Origin: Phycisphaerae bacterium
GTDB taxonomy: Bacteria; Planctomycetota; Phycisphaerae; UBA1845; Fen-1342
NCBI GenBank assembly: GCA_963675745.2
Contig: CAXXWX010000019.1
Coordinates: 1-64,000, forward strand
DNA length: 64,000 nt
Direction of reading: 5' to 3'
Below are positions 29,823 through 41,923 of this stretch, one piece after another (position 1 is the first letter of the stretch; each line of letters starts with the position of its first letter). The position numbers and the translations under genes are program-made. Under the pieces are notes generated by a model. The model worked only from the letters and a program-made list of their open reading frames with translations, was not told the origin of the DNA and did no database searches.

Positions 29823-30100
29823 GAGCGCGCCGCGGCGCGCATCTGCCGGCGCAGCACCAGAAACTACCAGATGATAGCTCGGCTGCTGCTGTTATAGCGA
29901 CCGAAAAACCCGAAGGCAAAAGCACCGCCTATGTGGCGGGCTGTGGCCCTTTTATCAGACGACTGAGCCGCCCGGTCGCGCTGTCCCTGCTATCGTCGAA
30001 CCAGCGCCGGCAGTCCAGCAACCCCACGCCGCACCTTGAAACCAGCTCGATATCCGGTTCTCATGGTGTTGCCAACCAGTAACCGGAGCGCCGCGCGGAA

Positions 30101-30679
30101 ATGGACTTCCAAAACACGACCAAGCTCGATGACACACGGTTGGAGGCGCTCTTCCGGCGGCACACGGCGCCTTATCGTCACGATCATCTGACTGTGCGCG
30201 TCCGCGACAGTCGCGGCGCGGATTTCTCAGGAAGCTGTTACTACGACGATGCGCGCATCCTGATCAACCTCGGTCAGCACGTCCGCTACCCGTACCGGCT
30301 CGCGACACACCTGGCGAAGGCGCGGAGTTACCGTACACACTGGTCGCGCGATACGCTCTGTATCACAGTCAACAGCGCCTATCAGCTCGCGCTGTTCGTG
30401 TACCTGCACGAGCTGTATCACTACCTGGTCAAAAGCGCCGGGCGCGGACCACGGCGCAAGGAGGGCATGTGTGACCGGTTTGCGGGCCGTGTGCTGGCGG
30501 ATGAATACGGTTGCGCCATAACCGATCGCCACGGCCGCCCGGCACCGCGTGCGCAGTGGGATTTCAAGGACCTGCACGCTTTCGTCGCCCGCGCACCGCG
30601 GGCACCCGCTCCCCCGGCGGGGCATCGCGAGATACCAGTCCGCATTCTCGGTTTGACGCCACCGCCGACGCCGCGCTGA
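30101..30679 (+). CDS. Hypothetical HExxH zinc-metallopeptidase-like protein
   Basis: LHELYH followed by KEGMCDRFA. Confidence 0.6.
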   Translation: MDFQNTTKLDDTRLEALFRRHTAPYRHDHLTVRVRDSRGADFSGSCYYDDARILINLGQHVRYPYRLATHLAKARSYRTHWSRDTLCITVNSAYQLALFVYLHELYHYLVKSAGRGPRRKEGMCDRFAGRVLADEYGCAITDRHGRPAPRAQWDFKDLHAFVARAPRAPAPPAGHREIPVRILGLTPPPTPR

Positions 30680-30725
30680 GGTTGGTGGTACCTGAACGGG
30701 CTCGCACCCCGGTCTGGCGAACCGT

Positions 30726-30835
30726 GTAACGGCCGGCGCCTCGCCGGCCGTTGAGCGTCGAGGACGCTGTTGCGCCCCGCCGGCCCGCGCGGCGCGGGCG
30801 CGCGAAAGACGTCCGACTCGGGGGTCGGACGCTAC
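30726..30835. repeat. REP doublet (GTAA/GTAG-footed palindromes in inverted orientation)
   Basis: GTAA-CGGCCGGCG-CCT-CGCCGGCCG at 30726-30750; on the minus strand GTAG-CGTCCGAC-CCCCGA-GTCGGACG at 30810-30835. Confidence 0.7.
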
Positions 30836-30869
30836 GGGCGTCGGACGCCACGGGCAAGCGTGATTGGCT

Positions 30870-32837
30870 CTAGTCCTTGGGGAACAGCTCGAGAAACGCG
30901 TCGATGTCGCCGTTGTTCGTGACCCCGTCACCGTTGCAGTCGGTCAAGCTGATATCGCAATCGGGATACGATGCGGCGTAAGCGTCCGCATCGGTGATGG
31001 CCAGGACAAACGGATCGATATCGCCGTTACTGACCACGCCGTCACAGTTGGCGTCGCCCAGAACCGGCTCGATGATGATCTCGGTGCCGTATACCTTGAT
31101 GCGGAAGTCCTGCCAGGTGGCCGTATCCGAAGCGCCATAGTCCGCGATGTTCACCTGCCAGGTGCCGCTCGACTCCTCGTCCCAGCAGCGCAGCGACGTG
31201 AAGATATAGTCAACGTAATCATCCTGCGCGTCGGCGCGCTCCACGGCGAGAATCGACTCGGTTCCGTCAGGCGACGTAAGCGTGATTCGCAGATCACCGA
31301 CGTAGGGCGTGGTTACGTTGAGGATCAGCTCGACGCTCTCAATGCGGATGTTGTCGGCAATCTCTACGGTCTGCGATATGCCATTCGGGTCGGCGTCCGG
31401 CAGCACCTGATCAACCGTGATCACACCCGTATCAGCGGAGACTTCCGCGCCGACGGTCACCCAGGTTTCCGCGGCGGCGATGGCCGACAGCGCGTCGATC
31501 GCGCCGAAACCGTAGTTGTAGTTGACATCGCGGCCGGCACCGTTGACGGTCCAATCCACTTCGTTGGGATCGCACTTCCGCGCCGTCTCGATCAGCACGT
31601 GCTGCACGTCGCGCCAGGTCAGGTTTGGATTCGCCTCGAGCATAAGCGCGACGGTGCCCGCGGCCAGTGGGGATGCCGAGCTGGTGCCGCCAAAGGACGA
31701 GGTGTAACCGCTGCCCGCGGTGGTCGTGTAAACCCCGCGCGTGTTGCCGCTCGAGTGGGTCACCGCCAGCATCGAGGAACCCGTCTCGTTGTAATACGCG
31801 CGGTAGTCGCCGTCGCCGATCGAACCGATCGCAATGGTCATCCGGCTCGACGCGTACGGATCGTACTCGACGCGATCGCCGAGACCGCCGTTGCCGGCCG
31901 CCCAGACGAATATCTCACCAAGCCCATCGCGGCCGGTCGCGACGCTGTTCTCCAGCGCGGCGCGCTCGACGGATGAGAGGTAGGTGACTTCGCCGTTGTC
32001 CGATGGCCCCCACGAGTTGCTCTTGATGTCGTTGAGATCGTTGCGGTACTCAAACGCGGATGCAGTTTGCGTAGTCGACCCGTAAATCTGTCCGGAGATC
32101 TCGGCACCATACGCCAGCCCGACCCCACCCAGGCCATTGTTGGCAACGGCGCCAACGACACCGGCGCACGAGGTGGCGTGACTGGTCGTATAGCCGCCCG
32201 GCTGCGTGGCGTCGACCGAGAAGTTGCCGGCCAGGTCCGGGTGGTCGTATTGCCAGCCACCCTCGACTATGCCGACGATCACGCCGCTACCCGTGTAACC
32301 CAGGTCCCATGCGGGCTCCGCGTTTACGTCCGCGATCGGGAGCAGCGTGTTATTCAGGTGCCACTGGTTTGTGTAATGTGGGTCGGTTGGCGCGCGTAGC
32401 ACCTTGGGCGCCGAGATGTCAACGTATGCTTCACGCACGTTCGGGTTGTCAGCCAGCGCCTCCGCCAGCAGAAGCGCATCGGCAACGCTGTCCGAGGTGA
32501 TCACGTAATAGCCCGGAATCCCCTTGAGTGGACGGAATCCGCTGGTGGCACGGACGCCCTTCGGCAACGTGATGACCGACGGATCAGGCAACTGAACAAC
32601 CACACGATTCAGCACTTCGTAACCATGGATCGGCCCCAGATTGCGGCCGTGCTTATCGACGCGCTCGGCGGCGTCAAGCGTGGCGGCGCTCCTGGCGGCA
32701 TGCGGATTATCCAGCAGGAACACGCGCGCTCCGCGCGACGTTTTCACCGCCGCGGGCGTTCGGTCCGCCATGCCGGCGAAGACCACCATCGGAGTTGCCA
32801 GAATCAACGCCAGTGCCAAGCCGCTACGCATCTGCAA
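30870..32837 (-). CDS. Secreted kexin/furin-like S8 peptidase with P-domain and dockerin-like tail
   Basis: SHATSCAG, SNSWGP, VWAAGNGG, FGGTSSASP, NPNLTWRDVQH, YGFG; P-domain GDLRITLTSPDGT. Confidence 0.92.
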   Translation of the reverse strand: MQMRSGLALALILATPMVVFAGMADRTPAAVKTSRGARVFLLDNPHAARSAATLDAAERVDKHGRNLGPIHGYEVLNRVVVQLPDPSVITLPKGVRATSGFRPLKGIPGYYVITSDSVADALLLAEALADNPNVREAYVDISAPKVLRAPTDPHYTNQWHLNNTLLPIADVNAEPAWDLGYTGSGVIVGIVEGGWQYDHPDLAGNFSVDATQPGGYTTSHATSCAGVVGAVANNGLGGVGLAYGAEISGQIYGSTTQTASAFEYRNDLNDIKSNSWGPSDNGEVTYLSSVERAALENSVATGRDGLGEIFVWAAGNGGLGDRVEYDPYASSRMTIAIGSIGDGDYRAYYNETGSSMLAVTHSSGNTRGVYTTTAGSGYTSSFGGTSSASPLAAGTVALMLEANPNLTWRDVQHVLIETARKCDPNEVDWTVNGAGRDVNYNYGFGAIDALSAIAAAETWVTVGAEVSADTGVITVDQVLPDADPNGISQTVEIADNIRIESVELILNVTTPYVGDLRITLTSPDGTESILAVERADAQDDYVDYIFTSLRCWDEESSGTWQVNIADYGASDTATWQDFRIKVYGTEIIIEPVLGDANCDGVVSNGDIDPFVLAITDADAYAASYPDCDISLTDCNGDGVTNNGDIDAFLELFPKD

Positions 32838-33124
32838 TACTCCTTTGATACTTGAAGGCCGGCCACACGATTACATCGATGGAACTGCGACGGGGAGCCA
32901 TCTTCAGCTCCCCTACAATATTAGCCCGCCCGGACGGGCAAAAGCAGGAAAAATAGAGGATTGCACTACATAAGTGCCCGCATAATAGCCCGATGCGATC
33001 CGATAAGGCCGGCGTTCCGATGCGTGCGGTGCGGCCGACCCGGACCTGCGTCTGAGGTCCGGATTACGCGTCACCGCCGGGATCAAGCAGTGGCCCCATA
33101 GCCCGCCTCATTGACCGGCTGTCA

Positions 33125-33153
33125 TTGCGACACGGGCGCTAACAGGGTATCTT
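33125..33153 (+). promoter_or_regulatory. Candidate sigma70 promoter
   Basis: TTGCGA-17 bp-TATCTT upstream of the 33237 gene. Confidence 0.35.
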
Positions 33154-33236
33154 TATCGGCTTGTTGAATAACGATGGCGACGCGCTCCCCGCTGGCGAGC
33201 GTGACCTCCGGTGTCTTGCAAGCAGGAGACGATGAC

Positions 33237-34013
33237 ATGCGACGGGGAATCATAGTCGGTTTGGTGTTAATCACGGCTACGTTGCCGGCTCTTGGCCAGA
33301 TGCGCCGGGCGCCGCGACGCCCGGAAGGTCAGCAGTACAAGGCGCAGAAGCTCCAGGGCGAGGAGGAGCTGCGCTACATCGCCGGTACGCTGGCACTGGA
33401 CGAAAAACAGCAGCAACACGTCGAGGGCCTGATAGAGGAGTATGTGGCCTTCACAACCGCCCCGGCCGGTGAAGGCACGATGTCGCATATTGCCGACCTG
33501 CTCACGCAACTCGCCGAGGCGCGCAAGGCCGGTGACAAGGAGAAGGAAAAGCAGATCCAGCAACAGCTCGAGGACGCCCGGCCAGGCAAGAAGGCGCGAA
33601 CCGACTTCCTCGAGGGTCTGCGGCAGATCCTCAACGACCAGCAAAAGGCCAGTCTCGAAGTCACTCTGAAATTCCTGGAAACCAACCCGTCGGGCAAGGT
33701 CCGCCCGCTCGACGTTTACCTGATTGCGATCGACCTCAAGCTGTCGCCGGAGCAGAAGAAGGCTCTCGACGGCGTCCATCGCGACTTCCGCAAACGGGTC
33801 GAGTCGATCCCGGATAAGTCCACCGTTCCGGACATGGTCGGCGACGGGTTCATCCTCGCTGTGCATGATGTGCTGAACAAGCAGCAGCAGGGCGATTTCG
33901 TAAAGCGGCTGGCGGCCCTGGTGCCCAATTTCAAGATGCCGGAACCGAAGGCCGAAACGGCCAAGCCGGCCGTCGCCCCCGCCCCCGCCCCCGGTGGCAC
34001 GGAGAAACCCTGA
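33237..34013 (+). CDS. Secreted helical protein, Spy/CpxP (LTxxQ)-like
   Basis: AGGAG RBS; signal peptide; repeated LDEKQQQ, LNDQQKA, LSPEQKK, LNKQQQ motifs. Confidence 0.6.
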   Translation: MRRGIIVGLVLITATLPALGQMRRAPRRPEGQQYKAQKLQGEEELRYIAGTLALDEKQQQHVEGLIEEYVAFTTAPAGEGTMSHIADLLTQLAEARKAGDKEKEKQIQQQLEDARPGKKARTDFLEGLRQILNDQQKASLEVTLKFLETNPSGKVRPLDVYLIAIDLKLSPEQKKALDGVHRDFRKRVESIPDKSTVPDMVGDGFILAVHDVLNKQQQGDFVKRLAALVPNFKMPEPKAETAKPAVAPAPAPGGTEKP

Positions 34014-34181
34014 CGCACAACCGGACACGCCGGCGCGCATCGTGCCGCGCTGACATTCTCCGTTAAATACACAGCGGCGTGACACGTCCCGTGTCACGCC
34101 GCCGTCTTAGGCTCCCCCGCGTGGTAGCTATCCGCGCGGATTGCCTGCCGCCATGCGGCAGTCTCGGTCGCCCGGCGATAT

Positions 34182-34541
34182 TCAGGTGTCCACGAAGCGG
34201 TCCCTCAACTCCTGCCAGGCCTGGCAGTTCTCATGATCACCACAGCACAAATCGCGAATCTCTTCGAAGTAGATTTCCGGCGTCAGATTGATGTCCTTCC
34301 GTAACGGGCACTTCAGCGCGATGCGCGGCTTGGTTGTGCCCGAGCCGGTAAGGAGTGAGCGGATATATACCTGGTTGCGTCCCGCCGGACACTTCATCTC
34401 ATCGTTCAGACGGTTCTCCAGTACCGTCAAGTTAGTCGTCAACTCTTCCTCGGTCAGTGGCGGGCCAAACGCCTGCCCGACGCGGCCTGACCGGCTTCGA
34501 TATTGACGCAGAGCGTCTCTCATCGTCATCGCGTACTCCAC
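34182..34541 (-). CDS. Small Cys-containing hypothetical protein
   Basis: 119-aa ORF with KCPAG...KCPLR...LCCGDHENC. Confidence 0.6.
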   Translation of the reverse strand: MEYAMTMRDALRQYRSRSGRVGQAFGPPLTEEELTTNLTVLENRLNDEMKCPAGRNQVYIRSLLTGSGTTKPRIALKCPLRKDINLTPEIYFEEIRDLCCGDHENCQAWQELRDRFVDT

Positions 34542-34890
34542 GAAACTGTGCTTACCGTGCCACCAAGAATGTGCATCGGCAACGTGCCCTCAGAGTGCTT
34601 AGTACGGGCGCCTGGCTCAAATTGCCGTGTTAAAACGCGATTTTCCGCTGCACGCCGCGAAAAAGCGATGTCCGCGGGTTGCCGGAGGGCGCAGACCAAC
34701 TTGGCGCACCCGCTCCAACCGGCACCACCAATAGTGTACTTTGTCGTGGTGTATCAGGAGTGGCTGGAATTGGATGAATTCAAGACGAGAACGGGTATCA
34801 AATGAGTTCGGGGATAATCACACTCCACACCTTTTGCCACGCCCCATCATAGCGGCCACCAAGTGTCGTAGCGCGGCTGGCGCGAGTGGT

Positions 34891-35877
34891 TTATCGGTCG
34901 CCGTAGCCGTCCGGATGGGCGGTATGCCAGTGCCAGGCGGTGCTGATTACGTCCTTGATATTCCGATAACGTGGCTCCCAGCCCAGCGCCTCGCCGATCT
35001 TGCTCGCGTTCGCATATAACGCCGGCGGGTCGCCCGGTCGCCGGGGGCTGAGCTCGACGGGGATCTCGTGCCCCGTTATCTCGCGCGCCGCGCTGATGAT
35101 CTCCTGCACGCTTTGTCCCTGCCCGGTGCCCACGTTGTACGCCTCGGCCTGTCCTTCCTTCAACGCTTCCAGCGCGCGCAGGTGCGCTTCGGCCAGGTCG
35201 TCAACGTGGATGTAATCCCGCACGCAGGTTCCGTCGGGCGTGGGGTAATCCGTCCCGAAGATGGCGATTTTCTGGCGTTGCCCAAGGGCCACTTCCAGCA
35301 CGACCGGGATCAGGTGGAGGGTGGGCCGATAATCCTGCCCGATTGAACCGTCGCCGGCCGCGCCCGAGGCGTTGAAGTAGCGCAGCGCCGTCGAACCAAG
35401 CCCCCACGCCGACGCCGAGGCGCGCAGCGCCCACTCCATCACCAGTTTGGTCTCGCCATAGGGGTTGATCGGCGCCTTGGGCAGATCTTCGGTGATCGGC
35501 AATTCCGCGGGCACGCCGTAGACGGCACAACTGCTGCTGAACACCAGTTTGCGGACACCCTTGTCACGCATTTGCTCCAGCAGGCCGATCGTGTTGGCGA
35601 CGTTGTTGCGGTAGTACATCAGCGGCTCATCCACCGACTCGCCGACATTCAGCGCGGCGGCGAAGTGCATGACCGCGTCGAACCCACCGCCGAGCAATTC
35701 GCCGATGCGCCCCGTGTCGGCCAGATCACCTTCAACAAGCGTGGCTTGGGGATCGACGGCGGCGCGATGTCCGGTGCTGAGGTTGTCAAACACGGTGACC
35801 GCATGTCCGCCGGCGACCAGCCGCTTGACGCAGTGGCTGCCAACGTATCCCGCTCCGCCAGTAACAAAGACCTTCAT
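34891..35877 (-). CDS. galE: UDP-glucose 4-epimerase
   Basis: TGGAGYVGSH, HFAA, PINPYGETK, LRYFNASGA, DYPTPDGTCVRDYIHV. Confidence 0.96.
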   Translation of the reverse strand: MKVFVTGGAGYVGSHCVKRLVAGGHAVTVFDNLSTGHRAAVDPQATLVEGDLADTGRIGELLGGGFDAVMHFAAALNVGESVDEPLMYYRNNVANTIGLLEQMRDKGVRKLVFSSSCAVYGVPAELPITEDLPKAPINPYGETKLVMEWALRASASAWGLGSTALRYFNASGAAGDGSIGQDYRPTLHLIPVVLEVALGQRQKIAIFGTDYPTPDGTCVRDYIHVDDLAEAHLRALEALKEGQAEAYNVGTGQGQSVQEIISAAREITGHEIPVELSPRRPGDPPALYANASKIGEALGWEPRYRNIKDVISTAWHWHTAHPDGYGDR

Positions 35878-36048
35878 CTGCCGCTACTCCGCTGACACAA
35901 TGATCGAGGTGTGGCGAGTCACACCCGCCAGCCGTCCGCGGCATATTAACGCAGCGGACCACCGGCCGCACCTGTTATCCGTTTGACCAAGTCACGACGG
36001 TGGGTGAATTGTCTTCACGTCGTGCCGCTGGTCGGATACATTCGCGGC

Positions 36049-38766
<2,718 letters not shown>

Positions 38767-38892
38767 GCAAGCGGTTCCCGCCGAGCTTTGCCCATGGTGC
38801 TCGTGCCCGTAGACGGCGCTACACCTGCGATCACACCTGGACCGATAGTAATAGTTGGTCTCGTTACACCCTCAACACGGGAAGGAGCCGCT

Positions 38893-39555
38893 ATGCGCGC
38901 CGTCGGGATCGTGCAAGCCCGAGGTGGCTCGAAACGACTGCCGAACAAGAACATCCGCCTGCTCGACGGTAAGCCGATGGTTTTGTACTCCTGCGAAGCC
39001 GCCACTTCGAGCGGCGTTCTGGAGGCGGTCTACGTCAACACCGATTCGCCCGAGATCGCGCTCGTCGCGCGTCGCGCGGGTGTCGAGTGTCCGGCCTTGC
39101 GACCGGCGCAGCTTGCCACCGATGATGCCAGTTCCGAAGACGCCAACCGCTGGCTGCTCGGGTTTCTGGCCGAGCGCGGTGAGCGCTTTGACGCGCTCGC
39201 GGTGCTCCAGGCGACCTCGCCGTTGCGGACAGCCCAAGACATCCGCGATGCCATGAGTGTGTTCGAGGACAACGCGCCCTGCGCTCTTAAATCCGTCTGC
39301 CCGACCAAACCGGCCCGCTGGCATGGCCTGCTTGGGCGCGGCGGCGTTTGGGAGCCGATCGCGGGCGACGAGACGCTGTTTCGGTTGAACGGCGCTATTT
39401 ACATCCACACGTACGGCGACTACATGGACGGCCGCGCGCCGCGGAAGACCGTGGCGTTTCCGATGCCGGCCGGCCGTAGCGTGGACGTCGATACGCTCGA
39501 TGACTTTCGTCACGCGGAATTCCTGATGTCGCACCAACAGGCAATCGCGGTTTAG
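38893..39555 (+). CDS. neuA: Acylneuraminate (nonulosonate) cytidylyltransferase
   Basis: AAGGAG RBS; ARGGSKRLPNKN, LQATSPLR, SVDVDT. Confidence 0.9.
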   Translation: MRAVGIVQARGGSKRLPNKNIRLLDGKPMVLYSCEAATSSGVLEAVYVNTDSPEIALVARRAGVECPALRPAQLATDDASSEDANRWLLGFLAERGERFDALAVLQATSPLRTAQDIRDAMSVFEDNAPCALKSVCPTKPARWHGLLGRGGVWEPIAGDETLFRLNGAIYIHTYGDYMDGRAPRKTVAFPMPAGRSVDVDTLDDFRHAEFLMSHQQAIAV

Positions 39556-39634
39556 AGGCTTGGCCTTACAGTGTCGCGGCCGACACCCGAGTCGGCCGTG
39601 GAATCGTTGCCGCCTTGATCGGATCTTCAGACAA

Positions 39635-40714
39635 ATGGATGGCATGCCGCAGCCCGACACAGACAGATTCCCCGTTGTCCACGTAAACGGCCGCGCCATC
39701 GGTGCCGGACAGACCTGCTACGTGATCGCCGAAGCCGGCGTGAACCACGACGGAGACATTGACAGCGCCCTGGCACTGGTCGACGCGGCCGTGGCGACCG
39801 GCGCCGATGCGGTCAAGTTTCAGGCTTTTGATGCCCAGACGCTTGCGGCGGCGGCGGCTCCGGCTGCGGAGTATCAGCGGCAATCCGCCGGGCGGGACCA
39901 GCGCGGCATGCTCGCGGCGCTGGAGCTGGATGACAGCGCATTTGCAGCCATTCGCGCTCGCTGTCTTGGCCGGGGCATCGAGTTTCTCGCAACGCCCTTC
40001 AGCGTGCCTGATGTGGCGCGACTGATGTCCGTGGGCGTGTGCGCGATGAAAATCGCCTCAACCGATCTGAACAATCTGCCGCTGCTGCGCGAAGTGGTCG
40101 CCACCCGGCTGCCGCTGATAGTCTCGACCGGCGCCGCCACGCGCGATGAGATTCTCACAAACGTACAGCGGCTGCAATCGCTCGGCGCGCGTGAGCGTCT
40201 GGTCGTGATGCACTGCGTGAGCAGCTATCCTACGCCGCTGGATCACGCCAACCTGCGAGCGATCGGAACTTTGCGCCGCGCATTCAACATCCCGATCGGA
40301 TTCAGCGACCACACCACCTCGCTGCAAACGGGGGGTTGGGCGGTGGCGGCCGGCGCCTGTGTAATTGAAAAGCACCTGACGCTCGACTGTGCCGCCGCCG
40401 GGCCGGATCACGCCATGTCACTCGAGCCGGCCCAATTCAGCGAATATGTGACCGGCATCCGTCTGGCGGAAACGGCCCTGGGAGACGGGGGCCTCGGCAT
40501 GAGTGAGATTGAGCGCAACGTGCGGGCCGTGGCACGCAAGAGTGTTGTCACGGCGGTCGATGTGAACGCCGGCACGCCGCTAATGGCCACCATGCTCACG
40601 ACGAAGCGTCCGGCGGGAGGCATCGAACCGGACCGCGTGGATGAGCTGCTTGGCCGGATGCTCAACCGCGATGCCGCCGCTGACACGGTGCTCACTTGGG
40701 ATATGGTCGAATGA
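39635..40714 (+). CDS. neuB: N-acetylneuraminate/legionaminate synthase family protein with C-terminal SAF domain
   Basis: IAEAGVNHDG, ADAVKFQ, HCVSSYP, GFSDHT, IEKHLTLD, KRPAGGI. Confidence 0.93.
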   Translation: MDGMPQPDTDRFPVVHVNGRAIGAGQTCYVIAEAGVNHDGDIDSALALVDAAVATGADAVKFQAFDAQTLAAAAAPAAEYQRQSAGRDQRGMLAALELDDSAFAAIRARCLGRGIEFLATPFSVPDVARLMSVGVCAMKIASTDLNNLPLLREVVATRLPLIVSTGAATRDEILTNVQRLQSLGARERLVVMHCVSSYPTPLDHANLRAIGTLRRAFNIPIGFSDHTTSLQTGGWAVAAGACVIEKHLTLDCAAAGPDHAMSLEPAQFSEYVTGIRLAETALGDGGLGMSEIERNVRAVARKSVVTAVDVNAGTPLMATMLTTKRPAGGIEPDRVDELLGRMLNRDAAADTVLTWDMVE

Positions 40715-41865
40715 CAGCGGCGCTCAGCTCGCGACAACGCAAGCGCGTGGCCGTTGTCACCGGGACTCGCGCCGAATACGGTTTGCTCCGCTCCGTCATG
40801 ACAGCGCTTTGCGCGCAGCCCCGGATCGAGATGCAGCTTGTCGCGACCGGCATGCACCTGCTGCGAAAGTTCGGCCATACGGTCGACGACATCAAACGCG
40901 ACGGCTGGCACATCGACGCGCGCGTGCGCATGCAGGCCGGTGACGACTCCGCTATCGACCAGGCGGAGGGCCTGGCGCGCGGCGTGCGCGGGATGGCGCG
41001 CTTTTTCCAGTCGGCGGACACCGACATTGTCGTGGTCCTCGGCGATCGCATCGAAGCCATGGCGGGAGCACTCGCCGCCGTCACAACCGGTCGCGTCGTC
41101 GCGCATATCCACGGCGGCGATGTGGCGACCGGTGACTTTGATGACGCGCTACGCCATGCGATTACCAAGCTGGCGCACCTGCACTTCACGGCCACACGCG
41201 ATTCAACCCGCCGCGTGATCCGCCTGGGCGAAGCGCGGTCGCGTGTTTTTCAAGTCGGGGCTCCGGGCCTCGATCGAATGCGTGAGTTGCTCAACGGACA
41301 TCGCCGGAGAAAGCGGCGCTCGCATCTGGCGATCGTGGCCCAACACGCCTTTGGGCGCCCGGCCAAGACCGAAGAGCGGGCCGCAACCCAGGTGCTGCGG
41401 GCGGTCGGCGACGCGGGCCTGCGCCGTCTCATTCTGTGTCCGAACAGCGATCGCGGACATACGGGTGTGCTGCGTGCCATCGAGCGCCACAAGCGCGCCG
41501 CCAACCCGGGTGATGTCAGAGTGGTCACATCGCTGCCGCGCGATGACTTTCTGCGCGAGCTGCTGTCGGCGGACGTGCTTGTGGGCAACTCCTCCGCCGG
41601 CATCATCGAGGCGCCCTTTGCCGGCACGCCGTCCATAAATGTCGGCCCGCGCCAGGCCGGACGCCAACCGGGGGGGAAATCCGTGCTTCAGGCGGCCGAG
41701 TCGTATGCCAGTGTGCGCCAAGCGCTAGCGCTGGCGCTGAATCGCCGACGCACCCGGGGCAGGCGCGGCGTCTATGGCGATGGGACGGCCGGCCCGCGCA
41801 TCGCGCAGATCCTCGCTGACACGCGGCTCACTCGCGCGTTGGCTCAGAAGAGGATTACGTATTGA
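40711..41865 (+). CDS. neuC: Hydrolysing UDP-GlcNAc 2-epimerase family
   Basis: TGTRAEYGLL, LGDRIE, HIHGGD, RHAITKLAHLH, GNSSAGIIEAP; ATGA overlap with neuB. Confidence 0.93.
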   Translation: MTAALSSRQRKRVAVVTGTRAEYGLLRSVMTALCAQPRIEMQLVATGMHLLRKFGHTVDDIKRDGWHIDARVRMQAGDDSAIDQAEGLARGVRGMARFFQSADTDIVVVLGDRIEAMAGALAAVTTGRVVAHIHGGDVATGDFDDALRHAITKLAHLHFTATRDSTRRVIRLGEARSRVFQVGAPGLDRMRELLNGHRRRKRRSHLAIVAQHAFGRPAKTEERAATQVLRAVGDAGLRRLILCPNSDRGHTGVLRAIERHKRAANPGDVRVVTSLPRDDFLRELLSADVLVGNSSAGIIEAPFAGTPSINVGPRQAGRQPGGKSVLQAAESYASVRQALALALNRRRTRGRRGVYGDGTAGPRIAQILADTRLTRALAQKRITY

Positions 41866-41923
41866 TAACGTACCGCCGGCGCTGGGCGCGTTGCGGGCAT
41901 CATCGATTGGGGACGAGGATGGC

